Below are positions 1-8,976 of a DNA stretch of 64,000 bases, piece by piece. The DNA lies in the NCBI GenBank assembly GCA_043799545.1, contig JAZDNO010000031.1:1-64000 (forward strand), given 5' to 3'. The DNA comes from Methanobacteriota archaeon. GTDB taxonomy: Archaea; Thermoplasmatota; Thermoplasmata; SG8-5; DAIRED01. The first letter of the stretch is position 1; each line of letters opens with the position of its first letter. Both the position numbers and the translations under genes were made by a program. The notes under the pieces were generated by a model that did not search any database, had not been told where the DNA came from, and worked only from the letters and a program-made list of their open reading frames with translations.

Positions 1-134
1 TTTTGGTCCGCGCAATCATTCTTCGCATCCAATACTTTGCCTGCCGGGTTTTTGTTTAATTGCCTCGTTTTACTCATTTTATGGGTTGCATTCAACAATC
101 ATGGGGCCCCCCCCCCCCCCAGCGACTCTCCGAA

Positions 135-911
135 TCACTCACCACCTCTCTTTTTTGCAACAATAATTATCCCATCGCTCCGTTCGTGGTTAAACTTGCT
201 AAACTCGATGTCCCCGTATATCTTCAAATCGCTGAATCCTGCCTCGGTCATTAACCCTTTGAGTTTATCCGCAGAGATGATGCAATAATCTGACGAGTTC
301 ACTTCAAACTTTGGTTTTCCAGCGGTTTCTATGACTGAAATGACGTTAAACGTCGCCCTGGCTCCATGATAATCCACCACGTAGACGAAGAATCTCGCAT
401 CGCCATTCGGCTCTTTATGATAATGCATCGGGATGAATCTTGTGTTCTCATTCTTCATTTTGGGAAGATTCCGTATTTCCACGAGCAAACAACCATCATC
501 ATTCAGAATTGAAAACATGCTGGCAAGAACCATATTAATACCATCTTCCGATTCATGGTTGAGAGAATTTCCCCAACAAATGACGCAATCGAATTTCTTG
601 TCAAAAGCATCAGTTAATTTCTTAAAATCCGCATGGCAGATATCAATCTTTGTTTGACTGGAGGCCGAGTTTTGCCGAGCCTTATTTATCATATCTTCGC
701 TTACGTCGGAACCCGTGACATCGTAACCCAGTTTGGAGAGTTTAATGGCATGCCACCCTGTCCCGCATGCGCAATCCAGAATTGTTTTTATTTTAAATTG
801 ATTGAGTACATTCCGGAAGAATAGGATATCTGTCTCATATCGTTTGTCCGATATCATGACATCATATTTGTCTGCAAACCCACCATAGAATGTTTTAGCA
901 TCCTTTTCCAT
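135..911 (-). CDS. Class I SAM-dependent methyltransferase
   Basis: ILDCACGTG SAM-binding motif I and FDCVICWGNSL motif; lies in an AT-rich patch. Confidence 0.9.
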   Translation of the reverse strand: MEKDAKTFYGGFADKYDVMISDKRYETDILFFRNVLNQFKIKTILDCACGTGWHAIKLSKLGYDVTGSDVSEDMINKARQNSASSQTKIDICHADFKKLTDAFDKKFDCVICWGNSLNHESEDGINMVLASMFSILNDDGCLLVEIRNLPKMKNENTRFIPMHYHKEPNGDARFFVYVVDYHGARATFNVISVIETAGKPKFEVNSSDYCIISADKLKGLMTEAGFSDLKIYGDIEFSKFNHERSDGIIIVAKKRGGE

Positions 912-1023
912 GATGGAGGATAATGATCGACATCATAAAATTCTTTCTTCTTCGTATTATCCAATCCCCGGCCCATCGAATTGCGCCGCCAGCGTTAAAT
1001 ACGCCTGGCGTTTTGCTGCCGTT

Positions 1024-2136
1024 GTGAAATCCGAAGCCGTTCAGATGCTGTCGAGCGCAGCGCTGTTCTCGTCCGCCTTCCTCATACCCCTCATCCTCGT
1101 GGACGAGTGGGGGGTGCCCGAGTCCGCGGTCGGGCTGGTTGTCGCTGCGTACGCCGCGGCTGTGCTGGCGTCGTCGTGGGCGTTCGGGCGCCTGGCGGAC
1201 GTCCGGGGGCGCAGGCGAGTCCTGCAATTCGGTCTGCTGGCTTGCGTCGTTGCGAGCGCCCTGCAGTTCTTCGCGAGGACGCCCGAGGCGCTCACAGCCG
1301 TGAGGATTGTCATGGGCATATGCGCCGGGACGTTCCCGTCGGCGCTCATGGCCTACGTCTACGAGTCCAGGGGCCACGTCGGGAAGCTCACGTCCTTCGG
1401 TGCGGCCGGGTGGGTTGTGGGAACGCTCTTCGGAGGCTACGTCGCGGTGTACAGCCTCTTCGCGCCGTTCCTGCTCAGCACCGCCCTTTTTTCAATGGCT
1501 TTCGCAATTTCCCTGGTCCTGAAATTCCCGAAGGAGATGCGCGTCAGGGTCCCGATTTTCCCCGTCAACGTGATAAAACGCAACGCAGCCACATACATCC
1601 CCGTCCTCATCAGGCATTCGGGGGCTAACATGGTCTGGGTGATATACGCCATCTTCCTCTCAGGAATCAATCCGGACCCGATGTGGATTGGGATGGTATA
1701 CGTGATAAATTCGGGAACCCAGTTCGTCCTCATGCAGCTTCTCGACCCATACGGCGGAAGGAGGCTCCTCGCAATTGGGCTGGCGCTATCGGCCCTGACG
1801 TTCCTCCTGTTCACCCGGGCCACGTCCGAGTGGCACGTAATGGCTGCGCAGGTCGTGCTGGCCGCATCGTGGTCTTGCACCTACGTCGGCGCGATGAAGT
1901 GCATCCTCCAGGGGGGCGTGGAGCGCTCGACCAGCAGCGGCCTGATGGACTCGACACTGAGCCTCTCGGCAATAATCGGTTCAATCACTGGCGGGGTCAT
2001 CGCTTCGATGTTCGGGCACGTGGCGACGATGTTCGCGGCGATGCTCATGTCCCTGGCCGCGCTCGCAATCTTCGGCGCGCTCGTCATCAACCGAGCTTCA
2101 GGAGTTTCAATCCCGTCTTCGGGTCGTGCTTCCTAG
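1024..2136 (+). CDS. MFS transporter
   Basis: About 12 hydrophobic segments and MFS motif A (FGRLADVRGRRRVL). Start trimmed to GTG 1024 (ATG 1045 is an alternative) because the ORF-track start overlaps the divergent gene. Confidence 0.88.
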   Translation: MKSEAVQMLSSAALFSSAFLIPLILVDEWGVPESAVGLVVAAYAAAVLASSWAFGRLADVRGRRRVLQFGLLACVVASALQFFARTPEALTAVRIVMGICAGTFPSALMAYVYESRGHVGKLTSFGAAGWVVGTLFGGYVAVYSLFAPFLLSTALFSMAFAISLVLKFPKEMRVRVPIFPVNVIKRNAATYIPVLIRHSGANMVWVIYAIFLSGINPDPMWIGMVYVINSGTQFVLMQLLDPYGGRRLLAIGLALSALTFLLFTRATSEWHVMAAQVVLAASWSCTYVGAMKCILQGGVERSTSSGLMDSTLSLSAIIGSITGGVIASMFGHVATMFAAMLMSLAALAIFGALVINRASGVSIPSSGRAS

Positions 2137-2506
2137 TCATCTCAAAGCCGTCGATTTTAAGCATCGTCAGCTCGCACACCACGCACACCGAAGCCCTGTG
2201 CAGATGGCCGCCGATGACCTTGTGGTCCTCGCCAGCGACCGCCGCGTGGAGGTGGATTACCTTCCTGTCTGCCGTCGTGACGTTGCCATGCAGCCCCACC
2301 AGCTCCTTCGGCTTTGCGAAGAATTCGTTCCTGTAATCGCTGCCGTTGAAATAACCCAGCTCGAAATCGTCGAGCATCCCGATGCCGGTCAGCACGACGG
2401 CGGACTTCGCCCCGTGGGCATCCATCGCCGACGTTATCGCCTCGAAAAGATCCTCGCCGTCGTCGACGCGTGCGACAATGACGTTGCCGTCGATTGCGGA
2501 TTGCAC
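2087..2506 (-). CDS. PPC/DUF296 domain protein
   Basis: GIG, ELVGLHGNV, HLHAAV and GGHL motifs; 139 aa. Confidence 0.88.
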   Translation of the reverse strand: MQSAIDGNVIVARVDDGEDLFEAITSAMDAHGAKSAVVLTGIGMLDDFELGYFNGSDYRNEFFAKPKELVGLHGNVTTADRKVIHLHAAVAGEDHKVIGGHLHRASVCVVCELTMLKIDGFEMTRKHDPKTGLKLLKLG

Positions 2507-2510
2507 CGCA

Positions 2511-2900
2511 TCATCTCCTGAACGTGAAAATGTATCTCACCGGGACGCGGCGCTTTATTCCCGTGGCGTACGTGCACGCCCCGCATTTGTATCCCAGGGT
2601 CACAGTGCCGCCGAAGACCGTCTGGTTGCGCTCGCGGATTAGCTTCACGCCGCAAACGGGGCACAGGGCCATCGCGCGCTTCTCGTCGGTCTCGCGGTAC
2701 TTGATGTCGAGGCGTGCTATGCCGGCATTGAGAGCCATAAGCCTCAACCGACGTTCGCCGACGTGGTATTCTTCGCCTCCGCTGGACAGTGCCTTTTCCA
2801 CTAGCCTCTTGAGCTTATGCTGGGAGTCGATGCTTTTGTGTTTTTCTAGGACTTCCTGCATCGCCAGTAACACTGCGTCGTCCGGCGGTATCTTGTACAT
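2511..2900 (-). CDS. Hypothetical protein with C-terminal zinc ribbon
   Basis: CPVC...CGAC pair, basic helical N-terminus, 4 nt from the DUF296 gene. Confidence 0.7.
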   Translation of the reverse strand: MYKIPPDDAVLLAMQEVLEKHKSIDSQHKLKRLVEKALSSGGEEYHVGERRLRLMALNAGIARLDIKYRETDEKRAMALCPVCGVKLIRERNQTVFGGTVTLGYKCGACTYATGIKRRVPVRYIFTFRR

Positions 2901-2928
2901 GCCCTCCCCCTATGGCGCTAAACCGCGC

Positions 2929-3099
2929 TCAATCCTCGTCCTTCGACTTCTCGACCTTGATAGTCTTGCCGTCGTCGTCGAGTGAGACGTAGACGCGCTC
3001 TCCCTTTTTCAGGTCCAGCGTCTCCACAATCTCCCAGGGGATGGTCACGACAAGGGACTTGTTCCCTAGCTGGATTAACTTCCGCTTGAAGTTGGCCAT
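2929..3099 (-). CDS. AbrB/MazE/SpoVT-family DNA-binding protein (56 aa)
   Basis: RKLIQLGNKSLVVTIPWEIVETLDLKKGERV signature; ATG at 3099 with AT-rich promoter upstream. Confidence 0.88.
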   Translation of the reverse strand: MANFKRKLIQLGNKSLVVTIPWEIVETLDLKKGERVYVSLDDDGKTIKVEKSKDED

Positions 3100-3245
3100 C
3101 GTATCCTCAGCGGATATATAATGCAGGCCTATATATATATTTCGGTATAAATCAAGTATAAATCGCTTTTGGGCGCGAAGTAACGGCCAGACAGGACGGT
3201 CGAACCGCTTCGATGCATGGCATCGCCCGATCAAACCTCTGGAGA

Positions 3246-4211
3246 CTACTCCTCTTTTTTGGGCGGGTGCTGCTGAGCCGGCGGCTGCCATCCGGGCGGC
3301 GGTTGCTGGTAAGCCGGCGGCGGCGCCTGGTAGTAGCCAGGCGGCGGATAGTACGCGCCCGGAGGATATTGGGGCATCGGCGGTGCGGGAGGCTGGATAG
3401 GCTTCAGCTCGCCACTCTCCAGCCGCCCAAGCGCATGCTTGTAGCACGCCAGGTAAATCGCGAAGCTGATCAGCGAAAGACCAACTGGCAGTATCGAAAG
3501 CACATTCATGTCGTTGAACCCGGCGAGAGCGTCTTCGGCCTGGACCGCGACCAACGCCACACTCAGCACGGTGCTCCCTATCGTCGTCGCGACGCCGACC
3601 CAGAAGCCTGCCTGGAGGTAGCCCTTGTGCTTGTCATCCGCAAGCTCGCGCACCAGGTTGACGACCGCGAGATTCCAGAAGGCCGCGCTGACGACGGAGA
3701 AGGTTCCGCCGATTGCGCTCGAAAGGATGAGGTCCTGCCGGTATTGCCCCAAATCCACGGGCGAAGTCTGACCCATCATCATGTTGGAGTCGAAAATTAT
3801 GGCCGCGGATATTCCCGAGCCGACTATCGAAATGACGAAGGCCACGCCTATGAATATCAGCGCCTTGCGCACCCGTTCCGCGTGGGGCGGCCCGAACTCG
3901 TGCCTGCCGCGATGAATCTTTACTATTCCCATGAGGTAATAAACCAGGGCGGCCAGGCCGACGACGAGCAGCACGAGCGCCGAAACCGCCAGGACGGCAA
4001 TCGCCCCCATCATGGATGAGCTGATGTCCTCCGGAGCCTGTATGTCCTCGAAGCCTGCAAGGCTCGTGAACGCCACCGAGACAATCACCAGGACCAGAAC
4101 CATTACGATGAGCGTGAGGTACATGGCTCTTACGATGTTCGCGAGCCCCTTCTTCGTCTCTTCCGGTGCTGGCTGCGGGTACCATGCTGGCCCGTAGTAC
4201 GGATACGCCAT
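3246..4211 (-). CDS. Multi-pass membrane protein with Pro/Tyr/Gln-rich termini
   Basis: About 7 hydrophobic helices; C-terminal low-complexity tail PPGAYYPPPGYYQAPPPAYQQPPP. Confidence 0.8.
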   Translation of the reverse strand: MAYPYYGPAWYPQPAPEETKKGLANIVRAMYLTLIVMVLVLVIVSVAFTSLAGFEDIQAPEDISSSMMGAIAVLAVSALVLLVVGLAALVYYLMGIVKIHRGRHEFGPPHAERVRKALIFIGVAFVISIVGSGISAAIIFDSNMMMGQTSPVDLGQYRQDLILSSAIGGTFSVVSAAFWNLAVVNLVRELADDKHKGYLQAGFWVGVATTIGSTVLSVALVAVQAEDALAGFNDMNVLSILPVGLSLISFAIYLACYKHALGRLESGELKPIQPPAPPMPQYPPGAYYPPPGYYQAPPPAYQQPPPGWQPPAQQHPPKKEE

Positions 4212-4326
4212 GTTTCAACCTCTAGGCGGCGATGCCCTGCAACGGTTAAATATCTTTGTCGGGGATTCCAGCGGAACACCGTACCATCAGCACTCTGTTG
4301 ATGCAGCATATTACGTCAAAATCGGT

Positions 4327-4421
4327 CGAGCGAGCAGGCGAGCCCGAGGCTTTTGGGATACCATACCACTTTTCCCCGCAGGGCGAGCCAGCGGAGCGAG
4401 ACAGGAAAAGAGGTTGCGGGG
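4327..4421 (+). repeat. Dispersed ~95-bp intergenic element, copy A
   Basis: Aligns to 15556-15649 with 12 differences in 95 columns; internal cttttcc...ggaaaag stem. Confidence 0.9.
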
Positions 4422-4470
4422 CTACATGTACTGCGCTCGTGCATGAACCCCTTTCGCCATCGCTCGCTAC

Positions 4471-6090
4471 ATGGAGCAAATGGTTCAGCTAGGTGCGGTC
4501 GTGGCTTTCGCGCTTCTCGGCGTCGCAGCGGGTGCGCTGACGGGGATAATTCCTGGCCTGCATGTCAACAATCTGGCGCTGCTGGTTCTCGCCGCGGGCG
4601 GGGCGTTGACAGCTCTTGTCCTCTCGATATTTCCGGCGGCTTCGCTCTTCGACATAGCGCTGCTGACAGCCTCCCTCATCACCTCAGTTGCAGTGACGCA
4701 CACGTTCGTGAACTGCATCCCATCGACCTTTCTGGGCGCGCCCGACGAGTCCACATCGCTCAGCGTCCTGCCGGCCCATAGGATGACGCTGGAGGGCAGG
4801 GGATACGAGGCCGTGGAGCTGTCGGCGATGGGCAGCCTGGGCGGTCTCCTCGTTTCCTTCTCTCTTCTGGTGCCTGTGTTCATCGTAATCGGTCCCCCGA
4901 TGGGCGGCTACGAGAAGGTGATCAACACGTCGGTTGTGCTGATTCTCATCGTCGTCGTGGCCATACTCGTCCTCGACGAGGGCTCCCGGCCAGCCAAGAC
5001 TGGTGTGGCACTCAACGGAATCGTCGTCAAGGGAGGCGACGAACCTTCCGAAGACGTGTCGTCGTTGTCCCTTGGAAACCGCGCCAGGGTCGAAGGGCTC
5101 GTGACGAGGGCGTGCGGCGGTTCGGACTTCTGGCTTCGCGACGCGACGGGCGAGGTCCACATCAAGCTGAAATTCGGAAATGCGCCCGAGCCAGGAAGGC
5201 GCGTTTCGGTTGCTGGAAAGGCAGTCCGGGGATCTGAGCGGAACGGCGGCGCGAAGAGGATGGCGCTTGCGCTGGCCGTGTTCGGCATGGCGGGGGCGCT
5301 GGGCTCGATTCTGCTAATCCCCGAAGGAGTCGCGGGAATACTGCCGACCCCCGTGAAAGCGGACGACGGGGCCGTGCTCCTGCTGCCCCTGTTCTCAGGG
5401 CTGTTCGGCCTACCCCTTCTGATTTCCAGCATGAAGGGCCGGGACCGCGTACCGCCGCAGGGGACGCGGGCGAGGCCTAAATTGCCGGGCTGGCGCAGGG
5501 CGCGCGGAGCATTATCCGGAACCGTGGGCGGCTGCGTCACCGGCTGGCTTCCGGGAGCTTCGAGCGCCGTGGCTGCCGCGATATCGGCGCAGCTGTCTGG
5601 TTGCAAAGGCTCCGGGGACGACGAGTCCGACGAGTTCATCGTGTCCGTATCGGCGGTCAGCACGGCGAACGCAATCTTCAACCTCCTGGCGCTCTTCGTT
5701 CTCATGAGGGCGCGCAGCGGGGCGATGAAGGCCGTGCAGGGTATCATGGGAGACAACGTGGAGCTGTGGACCTCGCTGGGAAGCGTGCCATGGGCTCTGA
5801 TGTGCCTGCTCGCCGTCGTTCTGGTTTCCGGGGCGATGGCCTTCCTCATCACGCTGTGGGTGGGAAAGCGCGCGGCGAAGCTCCTGCCGAGGTTGAGCTA
5901 CCGCCCGCTAGCGGTCGGCGTGTGCTGTTTCATGGTGGCCATTTCGCTCGTATTCGGAGGCTTGCTCGGGTCGGGGATATTGGCCTGCGCGTACTTCATC
6001 GGAAAATTGCCGGAGAAGCTCGGCGTTCGCCGCGTCCATCTGATGGGATGCATCATCGTGCCGACGCTGTGGTTCCTTATGTTCGCGTGA
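4471..6090 (+). CDS. Tripartite tricarboxylate transporter TctA-family (DUF112) membrane protein with inserted OB-fold-like domain
   Basis: TGIIPGLHVN, THTFVNCIPSTFLGAPDE...VLPAH and GWLPGASS TctA motifs; soluble insertion at about 4981-5250. Confidence 0.85.
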   Translation: MEQMVQLGAVVAFALLGVAAGALTGIIPGLHVNNLALLVLAAGGALTALVLSIFPAASLFDIALLTASLITSVAVTHTFVNCIPSTFLGAPDESTSLSVLPAHRMTLEGRGYEAVELSAMGSLGGLLVSFSLLVPVFIVIGPPMGGYEKVINTSVVLILIVVVAILVLDEGSRPAKTGVALNGIVVKGGDEPSEDVSSLSLGNRARVEGLVTRACGGSDFWLRDATGEVHIKLKFGNAPEPGRRVSVAGKAVRGSERNGGAKRMALALAVFGMAGALGSILLIPEGVAGILPTPVKADDGAVLLLPLFSGLFGLPLLISSMKGRDRVPPQGTRARPKLPGWRRARGALSGTVGGCVTGWLPGASSAVAAAISAQLSGCKGSGDDESDEFIVSVSAVSTANAIFNLLALFVLMRARSGAMKAVQGIMGDNVELWTSLGSVPWALMCLLAVVLVSGAMAFLITLWVGKRAAKLLPRLSYRPLAVGVCCFMVAISLVFGGLLGSGILACAYFIGKLPEKLGVRRVHLMGCIIVPTLWFLMFA

Positions 6091-6150
6091 GCGCGTTACG
6101 CTACATGTACTCTTCCGGGGATATGAACGCCCCCCGCAATTCCTCGCCCG

Positions 6151-8889
6151 GTGACAGAAATGAACACCTCAAGGACGATGGCGGTTTGCGCGGTCTTCGT
6201 GATCGCGTTGCAGGTACTGGGGAACGCGGCGCTCGGAGAGACTGCGGGGCGCGTCGACACCGGCGTGAGGTTCTCGGAGCTGATGTTCAATCCCATGGGC
6301 ACGGAGCAGGACGGGGAATGGGTTGAAATATGCAACTACGGCTCGACTTCCGTGAACCTCGGCGGCTGGACTCTGACGGACCAGGACGCGGCGCCCGAAC
6401 TGGTCTTCCCCGATATCGAGCTGACATCTGGGCAATTCGTCGTAGTGCACACCGGCGCAGGAGAAAACGGAACGGACGCTTCCGGAACCGTTCACTTCTA
6501 CATCGGGCGCACCTCCGGCGTGTGGAACAATCCCGGCGACGACTCTCTCCTGCTGGACTCGGATTCGAACGTCGCGGACTTCTTCTCCTACGGGAACGGC
6601 ACGGGTCTCGACGCGTGCCCTGCCGAGGGATACTGGCCCCATGCCGCGCAGCTTCCCGCCGAGGGACTCTCCCTCGCGCTGGCGGGCGAGCCGATGAACG
6701 CCTGGCTGCCGCGCGTGCCGTCCGAGGGCCGCGCAAACGGAGCACCCTTGTGCACTGACGTCGTTCTGATAACGGGCGTTTGCTACGCCCCGCTGGACAG
6801 CGGCGAGTATGCGGAGCTGACAAATGTCGGCGATTCGTCCTTCGACTTGTCTGACTGGCAGCTCACGGATTTCGACGGAACGCTGGCATTTCCCGAGGGC
6901 GCGGCAATCCAGCCAGGCAACGAATTAGTCATCGCCGAGAACGCCACGAAGTACATCGTCGCCTTCGGTTCGTGGCCCGACTTCAGCTACGGAAACATGA
7001 CTTGCGTGGACAAGGGTTTCGGACTCGCCAACGCGGGCGAGGAAATCGCTCTTATTGACCCGTGGGGGGTTCCAGCAGACATCTACGTTTTCGGCAGCTC
7101 GGAGTATGCAGGGGTCGGCTGGACGGGCGCGCCGGCGACTGTCCTGGGCAATGGCAAGGTTTCCACCAGGTTCAGCGAAGGCGGGTTATTCGCAGACACA
7201 AATACTTCATCGGATTGGGATGTCGGGCGCGAGGTTGAACCCGGCCAGACCGCTGCTGTGTCAGGGACTTTCAGCACGTCAAACCTGACCGTGATGGCCT
7301 TCCCCGACGCCGGGAGGGGGCGCGTCCTGTCGTTGATGGACGAGGCGGAGAATGAAATACTTGTCAACATGTACGAGCTCACCGTAAGCGAGGCCGCGGC
7401 AAGGCTGGTCTCAGCAGCGGAAAGGGGCGTCCGGGTCAGCGTCTTGCTCGAGGGAGAGCCCGTTGGAGGCTTCACCAGCGTTTCGGCAGAGCTGTGCGAC
7501 CTGATGTGCAACGCGGGAATCGACGTGCGCCTGATGACATCACGCAGCGGCGCTCGCGAATCGTACAGGTTCGACCACGCCAAGTACATGGTCGTGGACG
7601 GGCGGACGCTTTACCTGAGCACTGAGAACTGGAGCCCGAACGGGCTGCCGGCGGACGGATGCGCTGGCAACCGCGGCTGGGCGGCCGTGGTCCGAGAAGG
7701 TTCCCTGGCATCATTCTACGCGGGGGTATTCCGGGCGGACTGGGAGAACTTCACGACGCCATGGGCGGAAATAGCTGGCGAGATGGATGTCGTCGAACCG
7801 GACGCGGTCTTCGAGGCCAAGCCGTTCGAGCGACTCTTCGCGCCGGTGAACGCGACAGGCGTTTCGGTCATCAGGCCGGTGCTCTCCCCCGACACCTCCA
7901 TGTCGAACGGCACAATCATCGGAATGATTCGCGCAGCGAAGAAGGAGATATGCGCGGAGCAGATGTCCGTCTACAAGGACTGGGACCACTATGCGGGCGG
8001 AATCAAGATATCAGAGCCGAACCCGTACCTGGAGGAGCTGCTAGGCGCAGCCAGGCGGGGGGTCGGGGTGCGCGTGCTCATGGATTCGACGAGCTACGAC
8101 GGGGAGCCGTGCGACAACGTCGCCGCTGTCCAGTACCTGAACACGATGGCGGCCTTGGAAGGCTTGAACCTCTCGGCGAAGCTCGTCGCGCCAGGGCCTC
8201 ACGGCTTCGTGAAAATTCACGCGAAGGGGATGGTCGTGGACAGCGAGACGGCGCTCGTGTCAAGCATCAACTGGGGACGCAACTCTGTGGTTGAGAACCG
8301 CGAGGCTGGGCTGATAATCGAAAGCGCATCTGCGGGTGAATACTTCCGCGCGGTATTCGACTACGACTGGCGGGACGACGTGATGCCGCCCGTGGCCGAG
8401 ATAGACGTGCCATCGGAGGCGCTGGTCAACTACAGTGTCGAGATTTCAGCGAACGGCTCCTGGGACGACATGGGGATTGCGGGCTACGAGTGGCTCATTG
8501 ACGGGCGGCTCGTGCTCTCCGACGAGTACGCGCTGTACTGGATGTTCACGACCCCTGGCAACCACACGGTCAGGCTGACAGTCGCGGACGCATGGGGAAA
8601 CGAGAACTCGACCGAGCGGGTCGTCAGCGTCGAATGGGGCGAGTCGTGCGTCTGTCCAGAACAGCCGCCGGAGGGGGACGGCATGCAGGAAGACGGAAGC
8701 GCGGCCCAAACCGCGACAGGCGATTCGTCCGGTACAGGCGGCATGGGAATCGGAGCGCTGGCATTCCTCTCGATACCGGGGATAGCGCTGGTGGCCGGGT
8801 GGGGCTTGTCGTCGAGGCTATCGAAGGGGAAGCGCGGGAAGTCCGGGAAACAGGCGGTCTTGGAGCAGGCCGATGGCGCGGTCGAGTGA
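6151..8889 (+). CDS. Secreted, C-terminally anchored phospholipase D-superfamily protein (2 lamin-tail domains, 2 HKD motifs, PKD domain)
   Basis: Signal peptide; FSELMFNP..GEWVEI lamin-tail motif; HAKYMVVD and HAKGMVVD; PKD-like YEW...PGNHTVRLTV; terminal TM helix. Confidence 0.88.
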   Translation: MTEMNTSRTMAVCAVFVIALQVLGNAALGETAGRVDTGVRFSELMFNPMGTEQDGEWVEICNYGSTSVNLGGWTLTDQDAAPELVFPDIELTSGQFVVVHTGAGENGTDASGTVHFYIGRTSGVWNNPGDDSLLLDSDSNVADFFSYGNGTGLDACPAEGYWPHAAQLPAEGLSLALAGEPMNAWLPRVPSEGRANGAPLCTDVVLITGVCYAPLDSGEYAELTNVGDSSFDLSDWQLTDFDGTLAFPEGAAIQPGNELVIAENATKYIVAFGSWPDFSYGNMTCVDKGFGLANAGEEIALIDPWGVPADIYVFGSSEYAGVGWTGAPATVLGNGKVSTRFSEGGLFADTNTSSDWDVGREVEPGQTAAVSGTFSTSNLTVMAFPDAGRGRVLSLMDEAENEILVNMYELTVSEAAARLVSAAERGVRVSVLLEGEPVGGFTSVSAELCDLMCNAGIDVRLMTSRSGARESYRFDHAKYMVVDGRTLYLSTENWSPNGLPADGCAGNRGWAAVVREGSLASFYAGVFRADWENFTTPWAEIAGEMDVVEPDAVFEAKPFERLFAPVNATGVSVIRPVLSPDTSMSNGTIIGMIRAAKKEICAEQMSVYKDWDHYAGGIKISEPNPYLEELLGAARRGVGVRVLMDSTSYDGEPCDNVAAVQYLNTMAALEGLNLSAKLVAPGPHGFVKIHAKGMVVDSETALVSSINWGRNSVVENREAGLIIESASAGEYFRAVFDYDWRDDVMPPVAEIDVPSEALVNYSVEISANGSWDDMGIAGYEWLIDGRLVLSDEYALYWMFTTPGNHTVRLTVADAWGNENSTERVVSVEWGESCVCPEQPPEGDGMQEDGSAAQTATGDSSGTGGMGIGALAFLSIPGIALVAGWGLSSRLSKGKRGKSGKQAVLEQADGAVE

Positions 8890-8976
8890 AGGACGGCCAG
8901 CAGGAACGGATGCCGTTTAGTCGAAGCAAAACCTTTGCATTATCCTTTTATATATCAACCGTTTGTAGTCCTTTGC

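Noticed and set aside
1-77. Possible CDS start running off the left edge (MSKTRQLNKNPAGKVLDAKNDCADQ)
   Set aside because: Only 25 codons visible and no recognisable motif.
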